From Octopus sinensis (Eukaryota): DNA of 64,000 nucleotides. The stretch's first letter is position 1; each line of letters begins with the position of its first letter. A model generated the notes under the pieces. The model did not search any database. It worked only from the letters and a program-made list of their open reading frames with translations, and was not told the origin of the DNA. The translations under genes and the position numbers were made by a program. Positions 51,324-64,000 of the stretch are shown one piece after another. Where the stretch lies: assembly GCF_006345805.1 (NCBI RefSeq), contig NC_042999.1, positions 36,642,001-36,706,000 of the forward strand, given 5' to 3'.

Positions 51324-51471
51324 CTTTATTTAAAAGCAGTAGAAATATAACAAAAGCTGTTACTCAGAGTTTCACGTTCCCATTTGTTTTGTTAACAAAA
51401 CTGTCCGACGAACGGGAACGTGAAACTCTGAGTAACAGCTGTTGTTATATTTCTGCTGCTTTTAAATAAAG
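51324..51471. repeat. Inverted repeat, 58-bp arms (56/58 identical) around a 16-bp perfect palindrome
   Basis: Arms 51324-51381 and 51414-51471; gttttgttaacaaaac at 51386-51401. Confidence 0.92.
51401..51438 (+). ncRNA. Minimal type I hammerhead-like motif (CCGACGA core)
   Basis: ctgt-CCGACGA-acg ggaa cgt-GAAA-ctc t gag-TA-acag. Confidence 0.6.
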
Positions 51472-51473
51472 TG

Positions 51474-51511
<38 letters not shown>

Positions 51512-52625
51512 ACAGGCTTCTTTCTGTTTCCGTCTACCAAATCCACTCACAAGGCTTTGTTTGTCTCAAGGCTATAGAAGACACTTGTCCAAGGTGCTAC
51601 GCAGTGGGACTGAACCCAGAACCATGTGGTTGGGAAGCAAGCTTCTTACCACACAGCCACGCCTATACCAGTATATATGTATATATATATATATTATATA
51701 TATATATATATATATATTTGATATTTTATGCCATTAGGGAAGATGGTGCCTAATGCCCATGACCTCTGAGAATTGTGGGAAGGAGGGAGAAGATTGTCCT
51801 CAAACTAGAAACTTGGTTCAAATGCTTGCAACTGATTGGACTTTGCTAAAAGCACCCAAGGGAGGTAGTGGTGTTAAACCAGGCAATAGATTAAATCTAC
51901 CATCCAAGTAAGCCATAATGTAAATCACCAGAAAAAAATACTGCAAGGCATCTCCTCCAATTCGCTTATGTTCCTGCCACTCTGTTGCTCTATACAGATA
52001 TTTCTTTTATCAATCTCAGAAAGATGAAAGGCAAAGATTGCCTTGGCAAGATTTGAACATAGATTGCAAGGCATTTTGTCTGACATTCTAACAACTATTC
52101 TAGTTGAACAATATTAAATGAAGAATAAAACTTAATGTTGGTTTTAAATTTCATTAGGTGATATTTCAGGTATGCCTGCATATTATTATCTAAGTAAAAA
52201 GAGGAATGGAAAAGTTCCATTCCAAAATGAACAGCAATTGTCATTCAAAACTTTTTCTTTTTTTTAACCTTTCAATACCAACCCATATACGACTGTCTTG
52301 GCTCTATGATACAACCGTCCTGTTTAAAAGTGATCTAAATTAAAACTTTATATTAAATTATATTCCAAGCAACAGCTATAATGGCAAAGTTATTCATTAT
52401 TTTAAAAATTAATTGAAGCAAAGGCAGTATGTTTCAGTGGGAATATAATGAAAGCGCTAAGGTAGAACAAGACAAATTAAGAGGTTATTGGTTAATTATC
52501 TTGGAAATGACATGGTCTAATATAAGCAATAAGTGTTTGGCTACACTGAAAATATTTGCATAAAAACTTAAACTTAGAAGTAATCATTAGTGAATCTCAA
52601 TTTCAAGAAATTGAGAAATAATCCC

Positions 52626-52854
52626 TTAACCCTTTAGCATTTAAACCGGCCATATCCGGCCAAAAGTATTCTGCCTATTTTATGTTCAAACTGGCCAGAT
52701 CTGGTCTCTCACACCAACCCTACAATATCATTTTAAAAATTAACAGCTACCTCATCAAAATCTCATAGCTACAAGATAATGCATGATTAGTTCAAAACAA
52801 TGTGGATAAAAAAGGATAAATTTTGGCAGAATAATGCGAACACTAAAGGGTTAA
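52626..52854. mobile_element. piggyBac-type MITE with TTAA target duplication
   Basis: TTAA-ccctttag ... ctaaaggg-TTAA; related copies at about 13770-13915, 19900-20110, 21062-21225, 53258-53470, 56377-57065 and 57910-58090. Confidence 0.78.
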
Positions 52855-55800
52855 AGACAGTGCACACATTTTAGAAAAGGTAAATCTGATCTTTGATAGT
52901 ATGCAAGAGAAGACAACTATGGATATGTTTCTGTCTATAAGCTTCATCAGCATTGTATAGTCTAACCAAACCTTGATCAGATGACATAGATTTTTTATAT
53001 ATGGATAAAAATATTCACAAATAAAATCTGCCTAATCAAAAATAAGTTTATAAAATAGTAGGTGACATACTGATGAAGAAAGCACATCAAGATACTGAAA
53101 GGGAAAGAAATTACCCATTTAACAAGAATGAAGGGATTAGTTTTATCTGAGTGCGTGATGGAAGTCTGGCTTTATAGGAATTATATCAGTGATATCTAAA
53201 GGAAGTGAAACTCAAATGATGAAAAAGTTTGTTGTTTGTGATGATCTCCATCACCTGTAACTCTTTAGCATTTAAACCAGACATAGCAGCCCAAATGTTT
53301 TATGTTCAAACCGGCAAGATCCAGCCTCTCACACCTATCCTACAATATCATTCTAAAATTGAATATATCATCAAAATCTCAAAGCTACAAGATAATGCAT
53401 GATTAATTGAAAACCATGTGAATCTGTAAGCATTACATTTGACAGATTAATCTGAAAGCTAAAAGATTAAGATATTGGAAGTGTGGGGGGAGGGGGGTGA
53501 TAGGTTGACAGAATGATAGTCGTTTCTGAGAAACTGTTACTTGTTTTTCGTAAGTTAAATCCCTCCAGGTGAAATTAAAAGACAGAAAAGCTTGGAGCTA
53601 ACTCATAAATACTTTACTTGAGAGTAATGCAGAAAAATATTTATTAGCAACAGAGAAAGCATTAATACTGAGTGGTAATATTTATCCCTACTTAAATGTG
53701 GATGTTTTGTTAGAACAAGCTATACTGCAGTAGTTACCATGAGAGACACTCTCATATTGGCTTTTGTTGCAAAATGCGTTTTTGTTTATATTGCTAATGG
53801 GGAGATAAATCACTACCACCTCCAGAGCCAAGATCACCAGATTACATGATTTCAACCTCCTTTGGTCTTGCCAACTGCTAGAGACAGCAGTGATTCATCT
53901 CCCCACCAACAATATATAAAATAACAGTGCCAGAACAGGTGTTGGTGTTATAATTAGCCAGTGAGCTTGTTGAAAAATATTTATTTAGTGAAAGAGGCAG
54001 TATTGCAATGGTAGTTACATATCTCCTAGTTGGTGACTGTGGGCAACTTCTGCCAAATATCAAAGACAGTGTTCTTGACCACCATTATTAGCTTTATTTC
54101 ATTTAAATACTGATGCTATATTTAAAGCTTTATTATTTTTATGCATAGGGGATGTTATTCATTCTTATGATAATAATTAGAATATGCAGAATATAAAGGA
54201 TCATTAACTAGAATTGTAAGTATTTCTAATATAGTACACCTGAAACATTGTCACCTATGAATCACTAGACCTACAAAGAAAAGCGAGGAAAAGGTTAACC
54301 ATTTAGATAGCAAAAGAATCAAGGTTTTTTAATAAGTTTTAAGAATTAGTCTGAAACTGGTTTATAGGAGGGATTAATTAATAGGAATATTCTTAGAAAG
54401 CTAACTAAAACTTGTGTTATTTCTTTAATCACAGATACGGGCATAATTGTATGTTTATGAAGCTCACTTTGCAGCCACGTGGGTTTTGGGTTCAGTCCTA
54501 TGGCATGTCACTTTGGGCAAGTGTCATCTGCTATAGCCCTAGGCCAATCAAAGCTTCATGAGGAAATTTGGTAGATGGAAACTGTGTGGAAGCCTATTGT
54601 CTGTGTATATGTGTGACTTTGTGTTTGTCCCACCAGCATCACTTGACAACTGTTGTTGTTTATTTTTACATCCCCATAATTTAGGGGTTCAGCAAAAAGA
54701 TCAATAGAACATGTACTCAGGTCAATTTGTTCAACTAAACCTTTCTGGGTGATTCCCCCAGCATGGCTGTAATCCAATGATTGAAACAAGTAAAAATAAA
54801 ACATAGCTACAGTTATTCTGAATACTTAGTTCATACTAATATCTAAAATATGTTTGTTTGATTTTTGTTTTAAAATTAAATTTAATTCACATAAAATAAG
54901 TGTGTTTTTTTTTAAATTCTTTCCCCTCACTCTGCGAGGTGTTCCTATCAAAATCATAATTCAACATAGAAATTGTTATAAGACATAAAGGTATCCTGAA
55001 CTTCAAGGGACTTTTGCGGTACCAGTGTTTAATATGAGACTGGTAATGTTCCCAGATCAATCCATTTTTGATGTCTAGGGAAATAGAGGCAAAAACAGAG
55101 CAGTATTCGTCTCAGAAACATTGAATTAGAACTCTTGACTCATGAGTCAGGAGTGAGTAGTATAAATGCATAAAATTGTTCAAAAGTAATGTATGTATTG
55201 GAGTACTGATTCCAGAAGGATAAAAGTTAAAATTATTCCCTAAGTAGATTTGAACACAGGAACATGAGGTGTCAGATTAATTGTAGTTGTTATTTAATCC
55301 CAGATCATCTCTAATCAACCAGACCTACAATAAAAGCCTTCCACCTATGACCATCTCATCTTACATTCAGACAATATATTTCTAACTACAGTATCCCATG
55401 CTTCTTTCTATTTTTAATATGGTATCATGTGGTTTCATGAGAATCTGGCTGCTATTCCTAGCGAGTCAAGTAACCACTTATGTTTGACATCGCATATACT
55501 TGTGCCACATAAAAAGTACTCTGTTCACCCTGTTGTGTGGTTGGTGTTAGAAAGGGCATCCAGCTGTAAAAACCATGCCAAAACAGACACAGCAGTCTGG
55601 TGCAGGCAGATGTTAAACGATGATGATGATGATAGCAATTAGTTGAATAAGTACTGCACTTGTTTTGTCTTTGAGTATCACTCCTGGTCAAGTAGATAAA
55701 AAATGTGTACATGTATGTGTATAATTTATAGAATACTTTCTACTGTTGAAACAAAACTATTATGATAGTTATGAGTATTCTTTTCTACTCTTGGCACAAG

Positions 55801-56548
55801 GCCTGAAATTTGGGGGGAGAGGGCCAGTTGATTAGATCAACCCTAGTACACAACTGGTACTTAATTTATTGACCCTGAAAAGATGAAAAGCAAAATCAAC
55901 CTCGGTGGAATTTGAACTCAAAATGTAAAGACAGACGAAATACCGCTAAGCGTTTCGCCCCGCGTGCTAATGTTTCTGCCAACTCACCGCCTTATGATAA
56001 TTATGAGTATTACATTAGCTATAGTACTGTTGTTGTATATATTGTAGCTAAGTAACTACAGAATGCTAAAATGGCTATAGTCATAGTAGTTCTCTGTTTG
56101 AGGATTGTGTTCAATAAATGAAATTACTAACTCCTCAAATAACATGCCAGTGTCTGCTTAGTCTACACACAGGTGTTCTCTTAACCTAATTTTTAAGCAG
56201 AATCAACAAGGTATAATGTATGTGTGACTAGGTTGTGCCTTGTAAATTACAGGTACAATCCACCTGATGAGCTTTGATGTACTTTCCAGCTACCCAATTT
56301 CACTCACAAGGTATGGGTCAACCCAAGACTATATGAAATGTTCTCAGCCTTTTCACTAGTAACAACACCTTTTATTTAATCCTTTAGCATTTAAACCGAC
56401 CATATCAGGCCCAAATATTGTACCTTGTTTTATGTTCAATTCAGCCTCTTACATCAACCATGCAATGTCATTTTGAAAATAAACAATCACTTCATTGATA
56501 TTTTGAAGCTACAAGGTAATGCATGGTTAATTCAAAATAATATGAATA

Positions 56549-57017
56549 CCGTAAATCCTCGTGTATAGCCCGCCCTTGAGTATAATACGCAGGGAATTTT
56601 TAGGGGGCTGTACCTCTGAAAAACCTAAACCTTGTGTATAATAAGCAACCCTTCTCTAACTTGAGTCAAGGAGGTTTATATAACGTCCTTTATTATTATT
56701 ATATATATAACATAATGCAAACATGTAGCTTTTTTGTGCATTTTGTTTGCAGAAAATAAAGAAATAACAGTAATAACGTTTAATGAATGTTGCTTACTGC
56801 AAGTTATGGATGATTCTTTTATGACTTCATTGCTTTAAGGTATGTTTGTGCCCGACATCACAAAATGTGTCTGAATAAAAATTGCCGGACAGCAAATAGA
56901 GACTCAGACATTGCTTAGAAAATATTTTTCATTTTTAACCTCATATATAGTACACACTGGGGATTTTGACCTTTAAATTTTGGGGAAAAAATGCAGATTA
57001 TACTCGAGGATTTATGG
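56549..57017. mobile_element. Tc2/pogo-like MITE nested in a piggyBac MITE
   Basis: TA-ccgtaaatcctcgtgtata ... tatactcgaggatttatgg-TA; the flanks rejoin into the piggyBac MITE sequence. Confidence 0.75.
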
Positions 57018-58961
57018 TATATAAGCATTACATTTGACAGAGTAATCTGCATGCTAAAGAGTTCAGTGAAATTTCCTACAGATCACCAGTTTCTGAAACG
57101 CAACATATTTTGAACTCTGCTTATGGACTTCAGTATATTTCTGTGGACACCCAAAAATTTGCAGAATTTAGCTTATGAAGTAATTACCTACAAGTTAGAT
57201 ACACATGGCCCTCTTTCCCTTCAGTTCTCATATCTTTGATATTCTTTTGAGTGAAAGGTGCAATGGTCTAGAGGATGTTTGATTCTGCTTGTCTTTACTT
57301 GGGTACCACAAACAAGCGCGAGGGCATGACACATCAGGAAGAAAGTCTTTCCTTCTAGAAGCTGTGTGATTAAAAAGCTTACTTCCCAACAATATGGTTC
57401 CTGGTTCAGTCCCACTGTGTGGCATGTTAGGCAAGTCTCTTCTACTTTAGCCCTGGGTTAACTAAAGCCTTCTGAGTGGATATGGTAGATGGGGCCTGAA
57501 AGAAGTCTATTTCATGTACATATACATGTGTGTCTGTGTTTATGGCTCCTTGCTTTGACATCGTAAGATAGTTGTAAATAATTGTCACTGTCATACAAGC
57601 AGTATCATTTGTTTTCAATATTCTGCAAGATCCTGTTTGGTCATGAGGAAATATTACCTTATTTAGAAACAGGTTTAGGTGTATGACAGGAAGAGAATAT
57701 GACCATAGAAAGTCTGCCTCAATGATCTTCACCTGACCCAGGCAAGTATAGAAAACTGGGTGTTAACACTTGATATTGAGAGCTGAGATATTGACAGAGT
57801 TATTACTGGTACTAATTATTCTATTAATCCACACTGACTCCAGATGAAGCATCCTTTAGTTAGTCTGTCAACTCGAGAATACATAGCCAATTAAATGGGC
57901 CCCAATATATTAACCCTTTTGCTTTTAAACTGGCTAGATCTGGCCTCTCACACCTACCATTCAATGTCATTCTAAATAAACAATCCCATCATTGAAACCT
58001 CAAAGCTATGAGATAGTGCATGATCAGCTCAAAACAATACAAATAAATAAACATTACATTTGACAGAGTAATCTGAATGCTAAAGTGTTAAAGGTATTTA
58101 ATGTCACCCTTCCTCCACAAACAGATGAGTGGCAAGGTGACTTTTAAGGGACTTGAACTTATGTTTTGCAGTATTTTGTCACACTTTGCCTTTGTGCCAA
58201 ACCAGATCTCAACTTCTTAAAAATATGAGTCAAAATTTCCCCAAATCACATCTTACTATCTTAAGAAGGACACATAAAATAATATAGTCTTAGATACACA
58301 ATTTTGAAAATGGGATGGGATTCATAGCTGGATCAAGTTTAATCACAATTCTGCTTAATCAAGGCTGGCTTAGGGCTAAACAACAATACTGACATATTCA
58401 AGACAATATCTACTTTGTATTAGGTAAGAATATCATTATGGTTTGATAGGCAATCCTTCTATTGGTGCCATGATAGAAATTTCACTCAAATATTCTAATT
58501 AAATGTAACGATGTTGACATAAAATTCTCAATTAGGCACAGGCATCAACCATGTAATTTCAAGTTCGGTCTCACTGCACAGCAACTTGGCAAGTGTCTTT
58601 GGCTATAGCCCAGGCTGACCAATGCCTTGTGAAAAGATTTGGTAGATGAAAGCTGTAAAGAAGCCTGTCATATATCCTCATCATTTAACGTCCGTTTTCC
58701 ATGCTGGCATGGGTTGGACGGTTTGACAGGAGCTGTCCAGGCTCCCTTTGTTTCTTTTGGCATGGTCTCGATGGCCAACCATTTTACAGAGTGTATTGGA
58801 TGCTTTTACACAACACTGGCACAGGCACTTTTATGTGGCATCAGCGCCCAAGAACCCACAAGATTAGGATTGCTCAGCTGAAGAGGAATGTAGGGAACAT
58901 ACCTGTATGCAAGAACAACCATGATTTTACTTATCTTGATATGTCTTCTGAAGTGTGTCTG

Positions 58962-58993
<32 letters not shown>

Positions 58994-60073
58994 AACAATG
59001 AGAATGAGTGCTCAACATGGCATTAGTGGATAAAATTTCTTTATTTGTGTTTTTATCCAAAAAGGAGATGAACACCATTCCTCCATATGATCAGCTTGAA
59101 AAATTAAGATATTAAGACATTTCCTTAACATGAAACCAACAGTAGCCTTAATACATAAACAGACATATATATAGTGGCTGTGTGGTAAGTAGCTTGCTAA
59201 CCAACCACATGGTTCCGGGTTCAGTCCCACTGCGTGGCATCTTGGGCAAGTGTCTTCTGCTATAGCCCCGGGCCGACCAATGCCTTGTGAGTGGATTTGG
59301 TAGACGGAAACTGAAAGAAGCCTGTCGTATATATGTATATATATGTATATGTGTGTGTGTGTCCCTAGCATTGCTTGACAACCGATGCTGGTGTATTTAT
59401 ATCCTCGTTACTTAGCGGTTCGGCAAAAGAGACCGATAGAATAAGCACTGGGTTTACAAAAAAAGAATATGTCCCGAGATCGAGTTGCTCGATTAAAGGT
59501 GGTGCTCCAGCATGGCCGCAGTCAAATGACTGAAACAAGTAAAAGAGAGTAAAAGATATATATATCATCATCATCATCGTTTAACATCCATCATCTATGC
59601 ATGCATGAGTGGGACAGGGGCTGGCCAGGTACAAAAACTGCCCTAGGCTACTGTCTGCTTTGGCAGGGATGCCCTTCCTAACACCAACCACTCCGCAGAG
59701 TGGATGCTGCTTTTTACGTGGCACTAATACAGACGAGGTTAGTTTTGGCATGATTTTTACAGCTAGACACCCTTCCAAATGCCAACCAGTGTTACAGTGT
59801 GGACTCAATGCTTTTTGACATAGCACCAACACTGGCAGGGTAACCAAGTAACTTGCAAGACAAGGAATTATGAAAAGGACAGGGGCATTTGGAATGGTGA
59901 AACTTGAAGCAGTCAAAAGTATAACCAATAACTAGCCAACAAAGGGGTTTTTAACCCGATATGTACACGCTATTACTTATAGCTTTTTTGCTTGAAGCTT
60001 CACCATTCCCAAAAGGAATTATTTCCCATTCTCTTAAGGTTTCCAAATTCTTATGATATCAACTATATATATA

Positions 60074-60137
<64 letters not shown>

Positions 60138-61499
60138 CTCTTTTACTTGTTTCAGTCATTTGACTGTGGCCATGCTTTAGTCAAGCAAATTGACCCCAGG
60201 ACTTATTCTTTGTAAGTCTTGTACTTATTTTATCAGTCTCTTTTGCCAAACCGCTAAGTTACAGGGAAACACACCACCATCGGTTGTCAAGCGATGTTGA
60301 GGGGACAAACACAGACACGCAAACATATACACACACATACGTATGTATATATATACATATATACGATGGGCTTCTTTCAGTTTCCATCTAACAAATCCAC
60401 TCACAAGGCTTTGTTCGGCCCGAGGCTATAGTAGAAGACACTTACTTAAGGTGCCCCGCAGTGGGACTGAACCTGGAACCATGTGGTTCGTAAGCAAGCT
60501 ACTTACCACACAGCCACTCCTACGCCTATATATATATATATGTGTGTGTGTGTGTTTGTGTACCTTTTTGTCCTTCACCACTACTTGACAACTGGCGTTG
60601 GTTCGTTTACATCTTTATAACATATCAGTTCAGCAAAAAAGACTGATAGAATAAGTATCAGACTTAAAAATAAGTCCTGGGTTCGATTTGTTAAACTAAA
60701 CCCTTCAAAGCAGTCCAATAACTGAAATAAGCAAATGATAAATTAACTGAAATTTCCCTTTTAAGTAGAAGACAGCAAAAACCTGTTAGTGATCATTGAA
60801 GAAAGAGAGAGATGATTTTATGAAATTGAGAATTTGCATAAGGGGAAAATATGAGTTTTGTTAACAGATACTTTGGTAGGGGAATATAATCTTCATGCAT
60901 TTATTAGATCAATCAGCATGGATTTTTTTGATATGTAGAACATGACTTATGAACAGTTATTGGAAGATAATGATTTGCATAATTATATTATAAAAATATA
61001 AAAGCTAAGAGAAATAATTCATGTAGGCCAGTTACATTAATTTAGATAAATCAGACAGATGATGATGTACTAAATGATGCATACAAAAAATTCTCAGTCT
61101 CAGTTAAGTGAAATTTGTTTCTCTGTTTGAGAAAGACAACAAAAACCTAGTGGTAGTTGTCAATGATACTCAAAGAAAAGGGGGAAATAATATCAAGAAC
61201 TTAAGAAGTAATTTGGCTGCATGATAAGAAGTTTGCTTCCCATTCATATGATTTCAAGTTCAGTTCCACCTGCATGGCGCCATGGACAAATATCTTCTAC
61301 TATACCCTTGGACTAACCAAAGCCTTGGGAATGTATTTGTGGACAGCAATGGAAAGAAGCCCATCTTATATGTGTGTGTGTCTTTGTGTTTGCATTTGTT
61401 CCCCCCCACGACTCAATAATTGGTGTTATCTTATGTCCCAATAACTTAACAGCTCAGGAAAAGAGACCAATATAATAAGTTCCAGATTTTAAAAAAATG

Positions 61500-61946
61500 A
61501 ATCGAAATTGAACCAATCTTATGACTGGCACCCGGCAGATGCCAGGACCCCTGGACTGGAGATACGTAAAAAGCACTATCCGAATCGTGGCCGATGCCAG
61601 CGCCGCCTCGACTGGCTTCCGTGTCGGTGGCACGTGAAAAGCACCATCCGAATCGTGGCCGAAGCCAGTGCCGCCTCGACTGGCTTCCGTGCAGGTGGCA
61701 CGTAAAATGCACCAATCCGACCGTGGCCGATGCCAGCCTCGCCTGGCACCTGTGCAGGTGGCACGTAAAAAGCACCCACTACACTCACGGAGTGGTTGGC
61801 GTTAGGAAGGGCATCCAGCTGTAGAAACATTGCCAGATAAGACCGGAGCCTGGTGCAGCCTTCTGGCTTCCCAGATCCCCAGTCGAACCGTCCAACCCAT
61901 GCTAGCATGGAGAACAGATGTTAAACGATGATGATGATGATGATGA
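61500..61946 (+). mobile_element. RTE-type LINE 3' UTR with about 68-bp tandem units and (GAT)n tail
   Basis: Unit starts (acgt[a/g]aa) at 61564, 61632, 61700 and 61763. Confidence 0.82.
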
Positions 61947-63524
61947 AGTACTGGGGGCAATTTGCTTGACTAAGATGGTTCCCCTGCATGGCCATAGTCC
62001 AATGACTGAAACTAATAAAAGATAAACGATAGCTAAGGAAAAATCTAGTTTTTCTTTGCCAACAAAAAGACAACTTTAGACATGTTTCAGTTTTATTGGA
62101 GATCAAGCTAACATGATCGATCAACAAAGGATTTTTGGCAAGGAATAATTTACAGTGATCTAAGGCAAATAACTCAAGTGGCTCAATAACATGGATTTAG
62201 ATATATCAGGTAGTGGCTGATGTACTGAATGATCTATACAAAATATTCCCAAATAATTGAAATATCCATGTTAAAAAAAAGAAATCAAAAATAGGGGTAG
62301 TTGTTGGTGACTGTCAAAGAAAAAGGGAAAATAATTTCTAGAAATATGAAATTAATTTACACATCAAAGAGAAAAATCTGATGCTTGTTTACTGGTAAGA
62401 GGGATAAATTTGGACAAATTTTGGTCTTGAAACTTGTCAAAATCTCAAAACAGTCTTGCATAGATTATACTATGTTGATGAGATCTAATAAGACTGAAGC
62501 ATGTCTAGAATTGTCTTCTTGCTAGCAAATAAAGATCAGGTTTTCTCCTTAAGTATCTTTTATCTTTTACTTATTTCAGTTACATGTTGGGTCAAATGCC
62601 TCAAAGGATTTTAGTAAAAAAAAAATCACCCTCATTACTTAACTCTGGTGCTCATTCTATCAGACTCTTTTGCCAAGCCACTACGTTAAGGGGACATGAA
62701 CAAACCAACACCAGTTGTCAAGTGGTGATGAGGGACAACACATAAAGACACATATATACACACAGTTTGCATCTACCAAATTCACTTACAAGACACATGT
62801 TGGCCCAGGACTGTTGTAGGTGCTTGCCTAAGGTACTGTGCAATGGGACTGAACCCAAAACCACATGGTTGCAAAGCAAGCTTCTTAACAACACACCTTT
62901 GCCTGTACCTAGAGGCAACTATAAGCATCTTTTACTTGTTTCAGTCATTAGACTGTGGCCATGCTGGAGCACCACCTTGAATATACAATTATATTTTGGA
63001 GTGGCTGTGTGGTAACTAGCTTGCTTATCAGCCACATGGTTCTGGGTTCAGTCCCACTGTGTGGCACCTTGGGCAAGTGTCCTCTACTATAGCCTCGGGC
63101 CAACCAAAGCCTTGTGAGTGGATTTGGTAGCAGCATCACTTGACAACCGATGCTGGTGTGTTTACATTCCCATTACTTAGCTGTTCGGCAAAAGAGACCG
63201 ATAGAATAAGTTCTAGGCTTACAAAGAATAAGTCCTGGGGTCGATTTGTTCGACTAAAGGCGGTGCTCCAGCATGGCCACAGTCAAATGACTGAAACAAG
63301 TAAAAGAGTAAAGAGTTTCTATTGAGAGTTGATAATTACTGTTAGATTTTCCTTCTCTTTTTTTTTGCTTTCTTTTTTTTTCCTTTAACTGAGAGGAATC
63401 TAACTTTATTTAGGATTTCTTTTGTGTGAACATCATTCATTACCTAGATTAGTTAGGTAAATTTATACCGTTTATCAGCTAGAGTTAATTCCTTTAGGGT
63501 ATTCAACTCATGTTCATGAGGTTA

Positions 63525-63840
63525 CAAGTGGAGGTACGTGGCCTAGTGGTTAGAGCAGCGGACTCGCAGTCGAGGGATTGCGGGTTCGAAACTCAGACTG
63601 GGTGATGTGTGTGTTTATGAGCGAAACACCTAAGCTCCATGCGGCTCCAGCAGAAGGTAATGGCAAACTTCTGCTGACTCTTTCACCACAATTTTGTCTC
63701 GCTCTTTCCTCCTGCATCTTGCAGCTCACCTGCGATGGATCGGTGTCCCATCCAGGTGGGGAACCTATATGCCAAGGAAACCGGGAAACCAGCCCTTATG
63801 AGCCAGGCATGCCTCAAGAAGGAACAAACATGAGGTTACA
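63525..63840 (+). mobile_element. tRNA-derived SINE
   Basis: A box tggcctagtgg, B box gggttcgaaact; 3' part shared with the SINE at about 5755-6000. Confidence 0.75.
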
Positions 63841-64000
63841 AGTTCAATTCCTAGACCATATAGTATATTCTATCCTTCAGCAAACCAATCCATTTCATGT
63901 TACTCCACTCTGTTTCACTGTAATACGTACAGATATGTGCCAGTGCCATCCTCAATCTCTCCATATTCTGGATGCTCCACTGGGTTGAAGGTAAAAAGGC

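Noticed and set aside
55131-55154. 24-bp palindrome containing back-to-back AP-1 sites (TGACTCA TGAGTCA)
   Set aside because: It appears to lie in a decayed SINE head, with no other support for function.
61560-61790. CRISPR-like periodicity
   Set aside because: The whole unit is repeated with no unique spacers, in a eukaryotic retroposon context.

Overview
AT-rich animal genomic DNA. The SINE, RTE and MITE families look like those of Octopus (cephalopod); this is recognised from memory, not searched. The only convincing host gene is a + strand furin/PC5-type proprotein convertase (subtilase S8B). Eight exons lie in the window (3943-4031, 7334-7506, 10057-10269, 12936-13036, 14253-14356, 15319-15436, 26265-26578, 31347-31516). 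They splice into one open frame of about 427 codons containing the catalytic His, oxyanion Asn and catalytic Ser plus the whole P domain. The N-terminal exons lie upstream of the window, and no C-terminal Cys-rich or transmembrane exon could be identified in the remaining 32 kb. The rest is intron or intergenic DNA packed with tRNA-derived SINEs, 5'-truncated RTE tails, decayed LINEs (R4/Dong-like, RTE-BovB-like, CR1/L2), a mariner transposase relic, non-autonomous Helitrons, and piggyBac, hAT and Tc1-mariner MITEs. The most unusual signal is a set of minimal type I hammerhead-ribozyme motifs with non-canonical cores in Penelope-like fragments: one has the compensatory U3-A8 pair (42461-42506) and two have CCGANGA (40393-40513, 51401-51438). 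There are also several long fold-back hairpins. Almost all entries in the ORF track are repeat-derived noise.
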